Shown one piece after another: positions 43,499 to 53,854 of a DNA stretch of 64,000 nucleotides. The notes under the pieces are model-generated. The model was not told where the DNA came from. It saw only the letters and a list, made by a program, of their open reading frames with translations, and searched no databases. The translations under genes and the position numbers were made by a program. This DNA is from a virus (taxonomy: Duplodnaviria > Caudoviricetes): positions 1,769 to 65,768 of IMG/VR virus record IMGVR_UViG_3300044710_000053. One strand, 5' to 3'. Every line of letters starts with the position of its first letter. Position 1 is the first letter of the stretch.

Positions 43499-44704
43499 AT
43501 GGCCGACGAAGAACTACCGCACGAAGGCTGGCCCGGCGTGGATGCCGCGACCATCGCGACTACCGAACCACCCCCGAAGGACGGCGGCGGCTACGAGGAT
43601 GATGTCAAGGTTCCCGGCGCATCCGCAGCTTCCGCGGTCCCGGCGGACTCCGCCACCGTAAAAGGTGCCGACGAGCACGCCGAGAGCGTGGAGGCATCGA
43701 ATGCGCCGGCCGACGAATTTGCCGAAGTGCTCAGCGGCCTGGGGCCGGAATACGAAGGGCTCTCGCCAGCCGAGGCCGTCCAGAAACTCGAAAGCGAGTA
43801 TCAGGCCGAGCAACAGTCGATTGCCGAGGCCAAGCAGTACCGCGAGCAGAACAGCCGGCTGCAATTCGAGTTGCAGCAGCACCAGATGCGGGCCGTGGCG
43901 CAGCAGGAAATGCAGCGCCTCGAAGCTCAGCGGCAGCAGCAATGGGTAGCCCAGCAACAGGCTCAACAGCAGCGGCCGAAGCGACAAGTCCCCGAATGGG
44001 ATTCTCGTTGGCTTGAGCAGCTCACGACCGACGAGAAGGGGAACGTCGTTCTGCGGCCAGGTGCCGATCCGAGTGTTCTGTCGAAGATTCATGCCTACCG
44101 CGACTTCAAGGCCAAGGAAGAGGCGGATTTCATCAACGATCCAGTGAAGTTCGTGATGGAGCGCGGCGGTGCCGAACACTTCCAGCAGATGGCACGCCAG
44201 CAGGCCGAGCAACTCGTTGTCGGCTACATCGAAAACCAGCAGATGCGGGAATTCGAGAACAAGTGGAAGGCTTGGCTCTATGAGGATCACCAGATCGAAC
44301 CGGAGCAAGGCGGCTGGCAGCGGCCGACAGCTGCTTGCGTAGCCATCGCCCAGCGGGCCAATCAACTCATGCAGGGCGGCGTTCGCAGCCGCGTCCAAGC
44401 GCTCAAGGTTGCCTGGGGCGAGTTTGAGGCCAACTGGAAGCTGTCCAATCCGCAGTTCTTCCAGCCGCAACCGACCAATGGTGCACCGGCGAACGGCCAT
44501 ACGTCAACCAACGGCGCGCCAAAGCCGGTCGAAACCAACGAACAGATTTCGCGCCGCGTTGCCGCCACGGCCGCGACCCAGAAGAACAACCGCGGCCGCG
44601 CTGCGCCGCCGACACTGCCTGCTTCCCGGCCGAACTTCCGCAAGATGCTCGACGCCGATTTGTCGCGGGCTGGGCTCGGACCCGGCGCGAACCCAGATTT
44701 TTAG
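43499..44704 (+). CDS. Probable capsid scaffolding protein
   Basis: Acidic disordered N-terminus and Q-rich coiled coil; immediately upstream of the capsid gene. Confidence 0.7.
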   Translation: MADEELPHEGWPGVDAATIATTEPPPKDGGGYEDDVKVPGASAASAVPADSATVKGADEHAESVEASNAPADEFAEVLSGLGPEYEGLSPAEAVQKLESEYQAEQQSIAEAKQYREQNSRLQFELQQHQMRAVAQQEMQRLEAQRQQQWVAQQQAQQQRPKRQVPEWDSRWLEQLTTDEKGNVVLRPGADPSVLSKIHAYRDFKAKEEADFINDPVKFVMERGGAEHFQQMARQQAEQLVVGYIENQQMREFENKWKAWLYEDHQIEPEQGGWQRPTAACVAIAQRANQLMQGGVRSRVQALKVAWGEFEANWKLSNPQFFQPQPTNGAPANGHTSTNGAPKPVETNEQISRRVAATAATQKNNRGRAAPPTLPASRPNFRKMLDADLSRAGLGPGANPDF

Positions 44705-44756
44705 TCGCTGAGGATGAGGCTCACTTAAACCAGCCGCAAGGCTTGGAGCAATTCAC

Positions 44757-45893
44757 ATGGCCGAATGGGCACGGGTCGTAGCCACGACCATCGAGAAATT
44801 CACCAAGGGCTTCGAGGACGCCGTAAAGCGCGAGCGCATCCTTCTCGACCGCTGCGAGAAGATGGGCAAGATCGACTACAACCAAGGCGGCCTCGACTTC
44901 ACCTGGCAGGTGAAGAAAGCCCAGCGGCAGTGGCAGACGAACAACGGCACGCAAGCCTGGTTGTTCCAGCCGACCAACATCTACGAGCGGGCCAAGCTGA
45001 ACTATTACGGCGGCGGGATCGTGGACGTGGTGACGAAGCGCGAGAAGCTGCAAAACAAGGGCCGCGAAGCGCTCATCGACTACTGGGGCGAACTCACCGA
45101 GTCGATGATGGAGGACTTGCACGATCGGTTCGCCGAACGGCTCTACACCGACCAGAACGCGGCCGGCAACTCGGGCCAGATCACCGGCATCAAGACGATG
45201 TTCGGCGCACCGACGCAGAGCATCTCGACCGCCTCCACTACGGCCACCACTCCGCGCACGGCGAACGTCGCTGATCCGGTACTGGTGCCTGTGGCGACCT
45301 ACGCCGGCATCTCGACCCTGCTGGGGGCCGAAGGTGGCACGTGGAACGGGCGCTGGCCGGACGTGGGCGGCGGTGTGGGGACCGAAGCGCTCTACGACCA
45401 CTTCTCGCCGCTGATGATTAACTACAACTCGTCCTACTTCAACACCGGGGCGAACAACTGGGGCTCCAACTGCGTCGAGGCCATCCGGTTTGGACTGACG
45501 TTCTCGAATCGCAACATCGCTTCGCAAGGCAAGGTCGATTTGGTGCTGCTGCACCACAACCTCTATCGCCAATTCAAGTCCAAGAAGGACTCGACGGAGC
45601 GCCAGATCATCAATCAGGGCCGCGATGCCGACCCCAAATTCGGCTTTCGCGACAGCGCTTATCAGGATGGGGCCGAGATCACGGCCGAGTTCGGAATCCC
45701 CAACTCGGAAGGCTACGGATTCAACATGGAGAAGTTCGAGATCAAGTCGATGCAAGACAAGTTGTTCGTCTCGAACGGACCGATCCAGAACCCGACCGAC
45801 TTTTCGTGGCGCGTGGCGACGGACTTCCTGGGCAACCTGAAATTCTCGACACCCCGCACGTTCGTCTGGTTCAACTCGGGTCAGGCGAGCTAA
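44757..45893 (+). CDS. Major capsid protein
   Basis: 378 aa; strong codon bias; GGAG SD; EKLQNKGREALIDY...LYTD...ITGI, KFGF, GNLKF.TPR; follows the scaffold. Confidence 0.85.
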   Translation: MAEWARVVATTIEKFTKGFEDAVKRERILLDRCEKMGKIDYNQGGLDFTWQVKKAQRQWQTNNGTQAWLFQPTNIYERAKLNYYGGGIVDVVTKREKLQNKGREALIDYWGELTESMMEDLHDRFAERLYTDQNAAGNSGQITGIKTMFGAPTQSISTASTTATTPRTANVADPVLVPVATYAGISTLLGAEGGTWNGRWPDVGGGVGTEALYDHFSPLMINYNSSYFNTGANNWGSNCVEAIRFGLTFSNRNIASQGKVDLVLLHHNLYRQFKSKKDSTERQIINQGRDADPKFGFRDSAYQDGAEITAEFGIPNSEGYGFNMEKFEIKSMQDKLFVSNGPIQNPTDFSWRVATDFLGNLKFSTPRTFVWFNSGQAS

Positions 45894-45934
45894 GCGAACC
45901 TTTGAGGCAGTAACGCAAGCAAGGAACGAAGATC

Positions 45935-46534
45935 ATGCCTTCCTGTGAACTTTCGGAACTCCCGTTTCCGCGCGGCACGACCTACGGGGTGCTGACGGCC
46001 ACTTCGGACTACCAGGATCAAAACTTGGAGGGCCGGGAATACACGGTGCCGGACAACAACCCGACCACTGGCATCCCGCGGTCCAACCGCTTTGTGACCC
46101 TGCGCGTAGTGCGGGCTGCGACCGGCTCGAACAACACGGTGCTGCCCGGCTATCTGGTGGTGCCCGATAGCACCAACGCCAGCGGCAAGAACAACAACAA
46201 CAACGTCATGGCTGAGTCGCAGTTCTCGGCCCTGGCGGGCACGGGAGCGGCGCGGGCGTTCCCGGTGGACGAGTATCTGCCCTCGACGGGCGTGTTGATC
46301 GGCGACCTGTATTACATCGTCATCAAGGGTCCGGCCGGAGTCTACACGGCCGCGCCGCCGAGCAACAACCTGGTCTTTGGCAACCTTTGCCAGTCGATCT
46401 CGGGCGGCACGGTTGACTTGCAAGCGTCGTTCAATGCTCAGAGTTGCATCGGCCGTTCATTGACGGGCTGCAACACGACGGACACCGGCCCTGACCTGGT
46501 GACGGTGGATATTGGCGCGGGCGTGATGGGTTAA
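45935..46534 (+). CDS. Probable capsid decoration/cement protein
   Basis: After the capsid gene; VDEYLP..GV..GDLYYIVIKGP. Confidence 0.65.
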   Translation: MPSCELSELPFPRGTTYGVLTATSDYQDQNLEGREYTVPDNNPTTGIPRSNRFVTLRVVRAATGSNNTVLPGYLVVPDSTNASGKNNNNNVMAESQFSALAGTGAARAFPVDEYLPSTGVLIGDLYYIVIKGPAGVYTAAPPSNNLVFGNLCQSISGGTVDLQASFNAQSCIGRSLTGCNTTDTGPDLVTVDIGAGVMG

Positions 46535-46560
46535 GTGTTTTGGAGAAGTGAAATTAAGCG

Positions 46561-46601
46561 TCGGCCGCGCTGGTCCGGTGGGGCCGCGCGGCTGATTTTT
46601 T
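46561..46601 (+). terminator. Intrinsic terminator after the capsid genes
   Basis: TCGGCCGCGC...GCGCGGCTGA plus TTTTTT. Confidence 0.75.
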
Positions 46602-47105
46602 ATGGCCCCGGTCACCAGAAAATGCCGCGGCACCTGCCGCCGCCAACTGTTGCAGACGGAAGAGTATTTTCCGCGCGACGGTGCGGAGTGGTCGGACTAC
46701 TGCCACCAATGCCTACGATTGGAGCGTTTAGAGCAAGAGAACGTCCGGCTGCTGACCGAGCGGCAGCGGTCTGTGGAACAAGGCTTGGCCAAGATCGCCG
46801 ATGGGAGTTTGGGAGCGCCGGCGCTGGCGGAAACTGCGGAGCTGCTGACCAACGCCTTCGGGGGCGTCAAGGAATACGCGCTGGAAGTCCGACGGCAGTA
46901 CCGCAACTCGGAAAAGGGTTCCTACGGCCGCACGCGGATTTTGGAGTTGGTGGCCCGCGTGATTACGGAGAACTCGAAACAAGGCGGCGCGAAACGGCCA
47001 TTGGAGGCCATGACGGAACAAGAGCTTGAGCAGGAGAAGGAAATCCGCAAGAAGCGGATTCTCACGGACCTGCGGATCGTCGCGAAGGAAAACCGTGCCA
47101 GTTGA
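46602..47105 (+). CDS. Probable terminase small subunit with N-terminal Zn finger
   Basis: Overlaps the terL start; CRGTC...CHQC; C-terminal MTEQELE. Confidence 0.6.
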   Translation: MAPVTRKCRGTCRRQLLQTEEYFPRDGAEWSDYCHQCLRLERLEQENVRLLTERQRSVEQGLAKIADGSLGAPALAETAELLTNAFGGVKEYALEVRRQYRNSEKGSYGRTRILELVARVITENSKQGGAKRPLEAMTEQELEQEKEIRKKRILTDLRIVAKENRAS

Positions 47106-48765
47106 TCCCAACAAGTATGAGCTGGACGCCTACGTGTCGGTGGACATCGAACTCGATGCCCGGCGCACGGAAGCTCTACGCATCTATGAGCCGCTCCCCT
47201 GGCAAGAGGAAGTGCATCTCTGCCGCACCACGGAAGTCATGGTGAGCGGCGGAAATCGCTCTGGCAAATCGTGCTGCGGTTTCGCCGAAGATGCCCGCGC
47301 TCTGTGCGGTTGCGATCCGCACCACAAGTATCCCGAGCGGGACGGGATTTTGGTCATTGTCGCCGAGAATTGGAAAGCCATCGGCATGGTGGTCTATCCG
47401 GCGCTGTTCAAGTCGGCCTTCCAGATGATCCGCGACGAAGCAACTGGCAAGTGGCGAGCCTACCGGCCCTGGGACCCAGCCGACGTGGCCCGGAAATCAG
47501 AGAGCAAAGCTGCGCCACCTCTCATCCCCAAGCGGCTCATCGTGCCTAAGAGCATGTCGTTCCTCAACAAGAAGGAACGGCACTTATCGAGTTTCGAGAT
47601 GGTCAACGGCTGGAAGTGCTTTGTGTTTTCCAGTGAGGGCGAAATCCCGATGGGTTTCCAGGCCGACCGGATTCACTTGGACGAGGACATTAAAAACCCC
47701 AAGTGGATCGAAGAGATGCAGGCTCGGCTTTCCGACCGCAAAGGCGTCATGTGGTGGACCGCCACGCCGACCCGCGACAACCACGCCATGATCGACATGG
47801 ATGACCGGGCCGAGAAGCAGGCCGATGAAGTCGCCAAGGGGGAACGACAGACAGCCGATGTGGTGAAGTTCACTTTTGACTTCACCAAAAACCCGCACAT
47901 CGAAGAGGACGAGAAGCGCAAGCGATTGGAAGCCTGGGCGGCCGCCGGCGAGGACGTTCTGAACCAACGGGCCTACGGCATCCTGGGTGGCTCGACGACG
48001 CTCATGTATCCGAATTTCAGCATGGCTGTGCACGGGATGGAGCGGGACCGCTTCCCGAACCATGACGTGCCGAAGCACTGGTGCCGCTACGCCTACATCG
48101 ACCCCGGCCATGCTGTGACAGCGGTGTTGTTTGCCGCCGTCCCGCCATCAGAGGAATACGATGAAGTCGGCGAAGATTTTGTGCTGCTCTACAAGGAACT
48201 GTACTTGAAGCAGTGCAACGCGGAAATTTTTGGCCGCGAGATGGCGGCGGCCTGCATGGGCGAAAGCCTGTGGGCATTTGTGCTCGATGTGCACGGTGGC
48301 CGACTGCGCGACATCGGGGCCGGCGTGAGTCTCAAGCGGCAATTCTCGGCGGCGCTCAAGCGGCACAACTGCGCGAGTCTCACCACGGGCCACAGTTTTA
48401 TCGACGCCTGCGATGACATTTCGGCCCGCACCGAAGCCGCCCGGATCATGCTCCACGTCCGCCCGGCGGGGACGCCGTATCTGCGCGTGCTGGAAGGCTC
48501 GCTGCCCAACTTGATTTGGGAAGTGAAGCGATACACGAAGCAGGTGGATGCCAAGGGACACGTCACCGACAAACCGCGCGTCCGGGGGTTTGTCCACCAA
48601 TGCCAGAACCTCGAATACATGGCCGCGCACAACCCGAGCTACCACCAGCCGCGGCACAAGACGGTCGAGCGGAATCTGCAAACGTACATCCGCGAAAAAC
48701 AGCAGCAACGTAACCAGCTTCTCGGCGTCTCCAAGAGCAGCGTGTTCCTGGGTCCGGGCGGCTAA
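47095..48765 (+). CDS. terL: Terminase large subunit
   Basis: YEPLPWQ, SGGNRSGKS (Walker A), IHLDED (Walker B), TATP (motif III), NPHI, YIDPGH (nuclease Asp); AAGGA SD before GTG 47095. Confidence 0.93.
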   Translation: MPVDPNKYELDAYVSVDIELDARRTEALRIYEPLPWQEEVHLCRTTEVMVSGGNRSGKSCCGFAEDARALCGCDPHHKYPERDGILVIVAENWKAIGMVVYPALFKSAFQMIRDEATGKWRAYRPWDPADVARKSESKAAPPLIPKRLIVPKSMSFLNKKERHLSSFEMVNGWKCFVFSSEGEIPMGFQADRIHLDEDIKNPKWIEEMQARLSDRKGVMWWTATPTRDNHAMIDMDDRAEKQADEVAKGERQTADVVKFTFDFTKNPHIEEDEKRKRLEAWAAAGEDVLNQRAYGILGGSTTLMYPNFSMAVHGMERDRFPNHDVPKHWCRYAYIDPGHAVTAVLFAAVPPSEEYDEVGEDFVLLYKELYLKQCNAEIFGREMAAACMGESLWAFVLDVHGGRLRDIGAGVSLKRQFSAALKRHNCASLTTGHSFIDACDDISARTEAARIMLHVRPAGTPYLRVLEGSLPNLIWEVKRYTKQVDAKGHVTDKPRVRGFVHQCQNLEYMAAHNPSYHQPRHKTVERNLQTYIREKQQQRNQLLGVSKSSVFLGPGG

Positions 48766-48785
48766 TTCTCTTTTGAGGCGAAATC

Positions 48786-49214
48786 ATGTCTACCGCAACC
48801 GCAGAACCCAAAGTGTTGATGGACAATTTCCGCATGGAGCCGGTCAAGGCGCAACCGCCGGACCCCAAAGACTTGCCGGGCTACGTCATGCCGCCGGTCG
48901 TGCTGGGGCAGCCGATCTACTGGTACTCGGATCATGGCGCGGACCCGCGGCCGGCTTACGTGCTGACCGTGAATCAAGAAGTGCTCGAAGTCGCCGTCAT
49001 CGCCCGCGATATGCAAGAGGGCAAGATGTGCGTGCGACACCTGAGTGATCCGGTGTTTCAGCGCAACCCGGCTGCCATCGCCAAGAACGGCTATGGGGCG
49101 TGGGACTATGCGCCGGCTCCGGTCTACAGCGATTCGCACGTCGCGAAGCTCGAACAGCGAATTGCCGCTCTCGAATTGGAACTCGCCACGCGGCCTGACA
49201 AGGGCAAGAAATGA
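48786..49214 (+). CDS. Hypothetical protein
   Basis: GAGG SD; VRHLSDP...YGAWDY; C-terminal coiled coil. Confidence 0.7.
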   Translation: MSTATAEPKVLMDNFRMEPVKAQPPDPKDLPGYVMPPVVLGQPIYWYSDHGADPRPAYVLTVNQEVLEVAVIARDMQEGKMCVRHLSDPVFQRNPAAIAKNGYGAWDYAPAPVYSDSHVAKLEQRIAALELELATRPDKGKK

Positions 49215-51556
49215 GCAGCTCCGGGGAACACCGCCAGCTTGCGCCTCTGGTCGAGGCGTGGCTGGCGAAAATCCGTCTGGCGGAAAAGTTCAAGGCCGAC
49301 CATTTCGGGCATGGTGCGGATGAGGCCATGCTGTTCTTCAACGGCCCGCACGATTGGATGTTCAAGAATGAGTACATGCGCAACGCTAAGGGCGGCTTTC
49401 TGCCCGCGGCGTCCAGTAGTGACGACAAGGAGAACATCGAAGCCCCGTCGTTCCGCATGTGCGTCAACAAGGTCGCGGAAATTCGCGATCTGTTCGGCCC
49501 GACGCTCTACCATCACAACCCCGTGGTGATTGTCGAGCCGCACGATCCCCCGTTGCCTCCGCCAGCCGCCTTGGGGATCAATGAGATTCCGCCGACTCCG
49601 CCAATGATCCCACCGCCGCCGCCAGGTGCGCCGCCGTTGCCGCCGGGAATGCCACCCCCCATCCCGCCGCAGATGATGCCGCAAATGCTGGCCTTCCAGC
49701 AGGCCATGATGCAGTTTCAGCAGGGGATGCAGCAGTATCAGCAACTCGCTCAGCAGCAAAAGACCAACGGCGAACTCAACGGCTTTCGCGCGGCGCAGTT
49801 GGAGTACGTGCTGAACTACTTCCAGTGGGAGAACGACAAGAAATATCACTTCCGCAAGGCTATCGACGAAGCGCTCATCAAGGGTGCCGGTGTCCTGTGG
49901 CATGAAGTGCTCAAGCGGGAGGGGTTGAAAACCAAAACGGTCGGCAGCGTGGCCGGCACGATTGACGATCTATTGATCGACCCCGATGCGGAAGAATGGC
50001 GCGACGTATGGTGGATTTCACGCCGCTACGTGCGGCCGCACTGGCAGATCGAGGATGAATTCGGACTGCCCCGCGACACACTCAAGGACAAAGGCGTCTG
50101 GACGAGCAACGAAGCCGCCTCAGACGGCATGAAGGTCACGGACAACGATCAGCATCACAAGAGCCGCTCGAACGATCTGGTCGTGTACTTCGAGATTTTC
50201 TCGAAGATGGGGATGGGCGACAAACTGGCCGGCCCTGGCGGCAAGGACGGCAAGGAATCTCCGCTGCCGGAAGATTTGGACGGCAAGTTCGACGATCTCG
50301 GCCCCTATTGCCGCATCGTGGTTTGCAAGGGCGTTCCTTACCCGCTGAACCTGCCGCCGCACCTGTGGACTGGCGACCCGGCGGATGATGAACTCGACTC
50401 TGATTCCAGAGGCGGCAATTCAAGCGATGCTTTCGAGTTGCCGCAACAACCCAAGGTCGATCCTCAGACTGGGCAGCCAGCCAGTGTCGATGAAGAGGGA
50501 AACGCGGAAACAGAAATCAGCACCGAAGCCTTTGCGGCCCGCCAGTGGCACAGTCCCCTGTGGGCCGACGGCGGTTGGCCGATGACGATGCTGGCGTTCC
50601 GCTCGATCCCTAATTCGATCTGGCCGATGTCACTGGTCAAGCCGGCGATCGGCGAGTTGCGATTCATCAATTGGGCGATGAGCTTCCTGGCGACTCACAT
50701 CCGCCGCAGTTGCATGACGCTGATCGGCTGCCTCAAAGCGGCCGACGAAAAGATCAAAGAGGCGCTGCTGGAAGGGAAGGATTTTACCGTCGTCGAGTTG
50801 TCGGAGGTCACCGGCAAGAAAATCGACGAGATCATTTCTGTACTCCAATACCCCAATGTCAACGGCGACATTTGGAAGATCATCGCGGAAGTGCTGGACC
50901 GCTTCAACGAGCGCACGGGCCTCTCCGAACTGCTCTACGGCAACACGACGCACCAGTTCCGCTCGGCAGAAGAGGCGAACGTCAAGCAGCAGAACACGAT
51001 GCTCCGCCCGGACGACATGGCCAATCTGGTTGAAGATGCCGCGAGCGCCGCCTGTCGCAAGGAAGCCATGATGGCCCGCTGGCATCTGGTTCCGGACGAC
51101 ATCGTGCCGATCTTGGGCGCGCTGGGAGCACAGGTTTGGGCGCAGCAAATTATGACCGCCGACATCGAAACTGTGGCCCGCGAATTCAACTATCGCGTCG
51201 AAGCCGGTTCGGCTCGCAAGCCGAACAAGGGGACGCGCATCGCGCAAGCCAACGAAGCTGGCCAATCGTGGGGTCCGATCGTCAGTGGCTACGCCCAGAA
51301 AACGGGCGACTACGGGCCGGTCAACGCAATGATGCAGGCGTGGGGCAAAGCCAACGATGTTGAGATGCCCGTGCTGCAAAATGTTCCTCCACCGCCGCCG
51401 CCGGGTGCGCCTCAATCGCCTCAGAGTCCCCCGGCAGGCGGTGGAAATAAACTCGGCCCCGTCAAATCCGTCCACGATCGCGCGAACGCCAAGCCGCCAT
51501 CGCCGCATTTGCCTGGACCACCGATCGCCAACGGTCATCCCGTGGGAGCGCTGTAA
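49211..51556 (+). CDS. Portal protein
   Basis: 781 aa downstream of terL; DEALIKGAGVLW, LLIDPDA..W, TGLSELLYG...RSAEEA, YRVEAGSARKPN; Pro/Gln inserts. Confidence 0.85.
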   Translation: MSSSGEHRQLAPLVEAWLAKIRLAEKFKADHFGHGADEAMLFFNGPHDWMFKNEYMRNAKGGFLPAASSSDDKENIEAPSFRMCVNKVAEIRDLFGPTLYHHNPVVIVEPHDPPLPPPAALGINEIPPTPPMIPPPPPGAPPLPPGMPPPIPPQMMPQMLAFQQAMMQFQQGMQQYQQLAQQQKTNGELNGFRAAQLEYVLNYFQWENDKKYHFRKAIDEALIKGAGVLWHEVLKREGLKTKTVGSVAGTIDDLLIDPDAEEWRDVWWISRRYVRPHWQIEDEFGLPRDTLKDKGVWTSNEAASDGMKVTDNDQHHKSRSNDLVVYFEIFSKMGMGDKLAGPGGKDGKESPLPEDLDGKFDDLGPYCRIVVCKGVPYPLNLPPHLWTGDPADDELDSDSRGGNSSDAFELPQQPKVDPQTGQPASVDEEGNAETEISTEAFAARQWHSPLWADGGWPMTMLAFRSIPNSIWPMSLVKPAIGELRFINWAMSFLATHIRRSCMTLIGCLKAADEKIKEALLEGKDFTVVELSEVTGKKIDEIISVLQYPNVNGDIWKIIAEVLDRFNERTGLSELLYGNTTHQFRSAEEANVKQQNTMLRPDDMANLVEDAASAACRKEAMMARWHLVPDDIVPILGALGAQVWAQQIMTADIETVAREFNYRVEAGSARKPNKGTRIAQANEAGQSWGPIVSGYAQKTGDYGPVNAMMQAWGKANDVEMPVLQNVPPPPPPGAPQSPQSPPAGGGNKLGPVKSVHDRANAKPPSPHLPGPPIANGHPVGAL

Positions 51557-52002
51557 TGGATCAAGCCTTTTACGACAACTGCATTGCCCAAGGTTGCACG
51601 CCGAAGATGGCCGAAGCGCTCACGCTCCGGCAGTTCCCCGGCACGCGCGTTGAAGGCGGCAACGACACTTTTTTTCAGGGTAAGCACAACAACGAAGATT
51701 TGGAGCGGATGCCGGCGACAACTCGCCAGCGAATGCTCGACCGCGCCAAGGCGGCTGGTGTCAGCATCGCCGGAAAGGTCTACGTTTCCGGTTTGGCGGA
51801 CTCGCCGGGCGATCCAAAGGCGTGGGTCTCAGATGCCAGCGAAATCAAAGAGCGCTGTGCGGCCGAAGGCTGGGACGCGAGCGGCACCGTGAACTACAAG
51901 GCTCCCGAGCCGTGCTTGCCGACGAGCTTCACAGCCCCGGCCAAACGAAAATTTCTGCGCCAGAAGAAGGAGGCTCGACGTGCCCAGCGCAACATTTCCT
52001 GA
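51556..52002 (+). CDS. Hypothetical protein
   Basis: TAATG coupling to portal; GKVYVSGLAD.PGDPKAWV. Confidence 0.7.
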   Translation: MDQAFYDNCIAQGCTPKMAEALTLRQFPGTRVEGGNDTFFQGKHNNEDLERMPATTRQRMLDRAKAAGVSIAGKVYVSGLADSPGDPKAWVSDASEIKERCAAEGWDASGTVNYKAPEPCLPTSFTAPAKRKFLRQKKEARRAQRNIS

Positions 52003-52351
52003 TCGGTGCGACAATTCGCGGCTCAGCACGCATTTGGGCCTCGTAATTGGCACGAGTGTTAGCACCCCGGTCGGCACCAGCGGCGAACTCAACATCGCGA
52101 ATGCGCGGTGGGTCGGCATCGTCATCACGGCCAAGACCGGCAGCCCCACGACGCTGTACCTCAACGTGGCAGCGGATGTAAGTAGCGCGGCGGTCCCAGC
52201 TCCAAATTACGGCCAGTTGGCGTCGGGGCCGATCGTCGTCAGCAGTCTGCCGATTGCCTACGCCCTGGCGGATGACCTCAAGAAATTCGGCGGCTTGATC
52301 CTCACTGTGGACACCGGCACGATCACTGCGGACGTGTCTTGGGAAACGTAG
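51980..52351 (+). CDS. Probable virion structural protein
   Basis: GGAGG SD, GTG start; beta-rich composition. Confidence 0.6.
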   Translation: MPSATFPDRCDNSRLSTHLGLVIGTSVSTPVGTSGELNIANARWVGIVITAKTGSPTTLYLNVAADVSSAAVPAPNYGQLASGPIVVSSLPIAYALADDLKKFGGLILTVDTGTITADVSWET

Positions 52352-52353
52352 TC

Positions 52354-53547
52354 ATGGTCACTCAGGTTTATCCCTACACCTACGCCGACGCGGTAGATGC
52401 CATGTGCATCTATCTGGGGAATGCCGCCGGCGCGGATAACGCCGTGGTGCGGCGCGCGATCCAGCACGCCTATCGCGACCTGATGGCGCGCCGTGATTGG
52501 CAGTACACCTACGGGCAGGCCGTCATCGAACTGCAACCGCCGTTCAATGATGGGACCGTGGCCTACACCAACAGCACGCGCACTGTGACGCTCACCACGA
52601 CCGACGCCGGTGTATTTCCAAGTTGGTCATATCCCTACGGTCGGCTGGCGATGGCCGACGTGAACGGCAACTACACGGTGTTCCCAGTGATCGGCAATCC
52701 GACTTCCACCACGCTCTTGTTGGGGCCGAACAGCAATCCTGGCGCGGACATTCCTTCTGGCAACGCCTACAACCTCTATCAGTCGGTCTACCCAGTGCCG
52801 CCGGACTTCAAGGCGTTCACGCAGCCCACCACGTTCGTCACCTGGGCTAGCGAATACATTGCGCCCGAAGATTGGTACTGGCTCGAATGGCACGGGCAAG
52901 CCGCGGGCAACCCAGTGCGGTGGACGATCCTGCCGGACCCGCACCTGATAGGCGCGTATTGCGTGGCCGTGCAACCGTGGCCGTCCGTGGCGCAGCCGTT
53001 GGGGTTCGTCTACCAGCGCTTGATGCGGCGGATGGTGTACTGCGGATATGAAACAGCTTCGCGGCAGGGAGCCGTCAGCGTGAGCGGCACGGCGGTAACG
53101 GGCGTCGGCACGGCGTTCAACTCGGCGATGGTCGGCAGCTATCTGCGGCTCTCGCCCAGCGCGACCGTGCCCACCGGCGACGGCGACTTAAACCCGTTCA
53201 CCGAAGAACTCAAGATCGCCTCGGTAACAAGCGGCACAGCCTTAGTGCTCGACGTTGGCGCGCAGAACACCTATAGCGGCGTGGGCTATGTGATTACCGA
53301 TCCGGTGGACCTCCCCGATATTTTGATGGACGCCTTTTTGTGGGGCTGCCGGTTTCAGTATTCGGCGCTCTCGCGGGCCGACCAGCGGGAGGACGACTTC
53401 AAGTATTACATCGCCGCGCTGCGAACGGCTTTTGAGAACGACGCACCCGCGCGGCTCACCGAACGACGCGTGGGACGCACCTACAAATACGCCGATCGCG
53501 GCTGGTTCAGTCCCTCAAATCCCAGCTACGCCTATTCGAGTCCCTAA
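52354..53547 (+). CDS. Head-tail adaptor (podovirus tubular protein A-like) with inserted beta modules
   Basis: RRAIQHAYRDL...RDWQY, YPVPPDF, G.P..WTI, VQPWP and a C-terminal helix pair. Confidence 0.7.
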   Translation: MVTQVYPYTYADAVDAMCIYLGNAAGADNAVVRRAIQHAYRDLMARRDWQYTYGQAVIELQPPFNDGTVAYTNSTRTVTLTTTDAGVFPSWSYPYGRLAMADVNGNYTVFPVIGNPTSTTLLLGPNSNPGADIPSGNAYNLYQSVYPVPPDFKAFTQPTTFVTWASEYIAPEDWYWLEWHGQAAGNPVRWTILPDPHLIGAYCVAVQPWPSVAQPLGFVYQRLMRRMVYCGYETASRQGAVSVSGTAVTGVGTAFNSAMVGSYLRLSPSATVPTGDGDLNPFTEELKIASVTSGTALVLDVGAQNTYSGVGYVITDPVDLPDILMDAFLWGCRFQYSALSRADQREDDFKYYIAALRTAFENDAPARLTERRVGRTYKYADRGWFSPSNPSYAYSSP

Positions 53548-53843
53548 TGGACGTGCCAATCGTCAGAACCGGAGTCGAGAAGTGGCAAGGCCAGGTCAGC
53601 AATGCCAGCCCGCACCAACTATCGCCCGGCGCTGCGCAGTCCCAACTCAACTGCCGGACGAACGTGCTGGGGCAGCTCGACGTGCGACCGGGAGTGCAGC
53701 CGGTGGAATTCAACAACGGAGTAGCGTCGGCCACAACCAACGTGATTGCCTTGTCGTTCTACGACGCTGATTTGCAGGACTACCTCATTTACCAAACTGA
53801 CGACGGCAAGATCAAGGCCGGCGCGAATCCTTCACTTCCCTAA
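53547..53843 (+). CDS. Small protein resembling the N-terminal segment of tail nozzle proteins
   Basis: WQGQVSNASPHQLSPGAAQSQLN...GQLDVRPG. Confidence 0.55.
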   Translation: MDVPIVRTGVEKWQGQVSNASPHQLSPGAAQSQLNCRTNVLGQLDVRPGVQPVEFNNGVASATTNVIALSFYDADLQDYLIYQTDDGKIKAGANPSLP

Positions 53844-53854
53844 GGAGCCGAATC

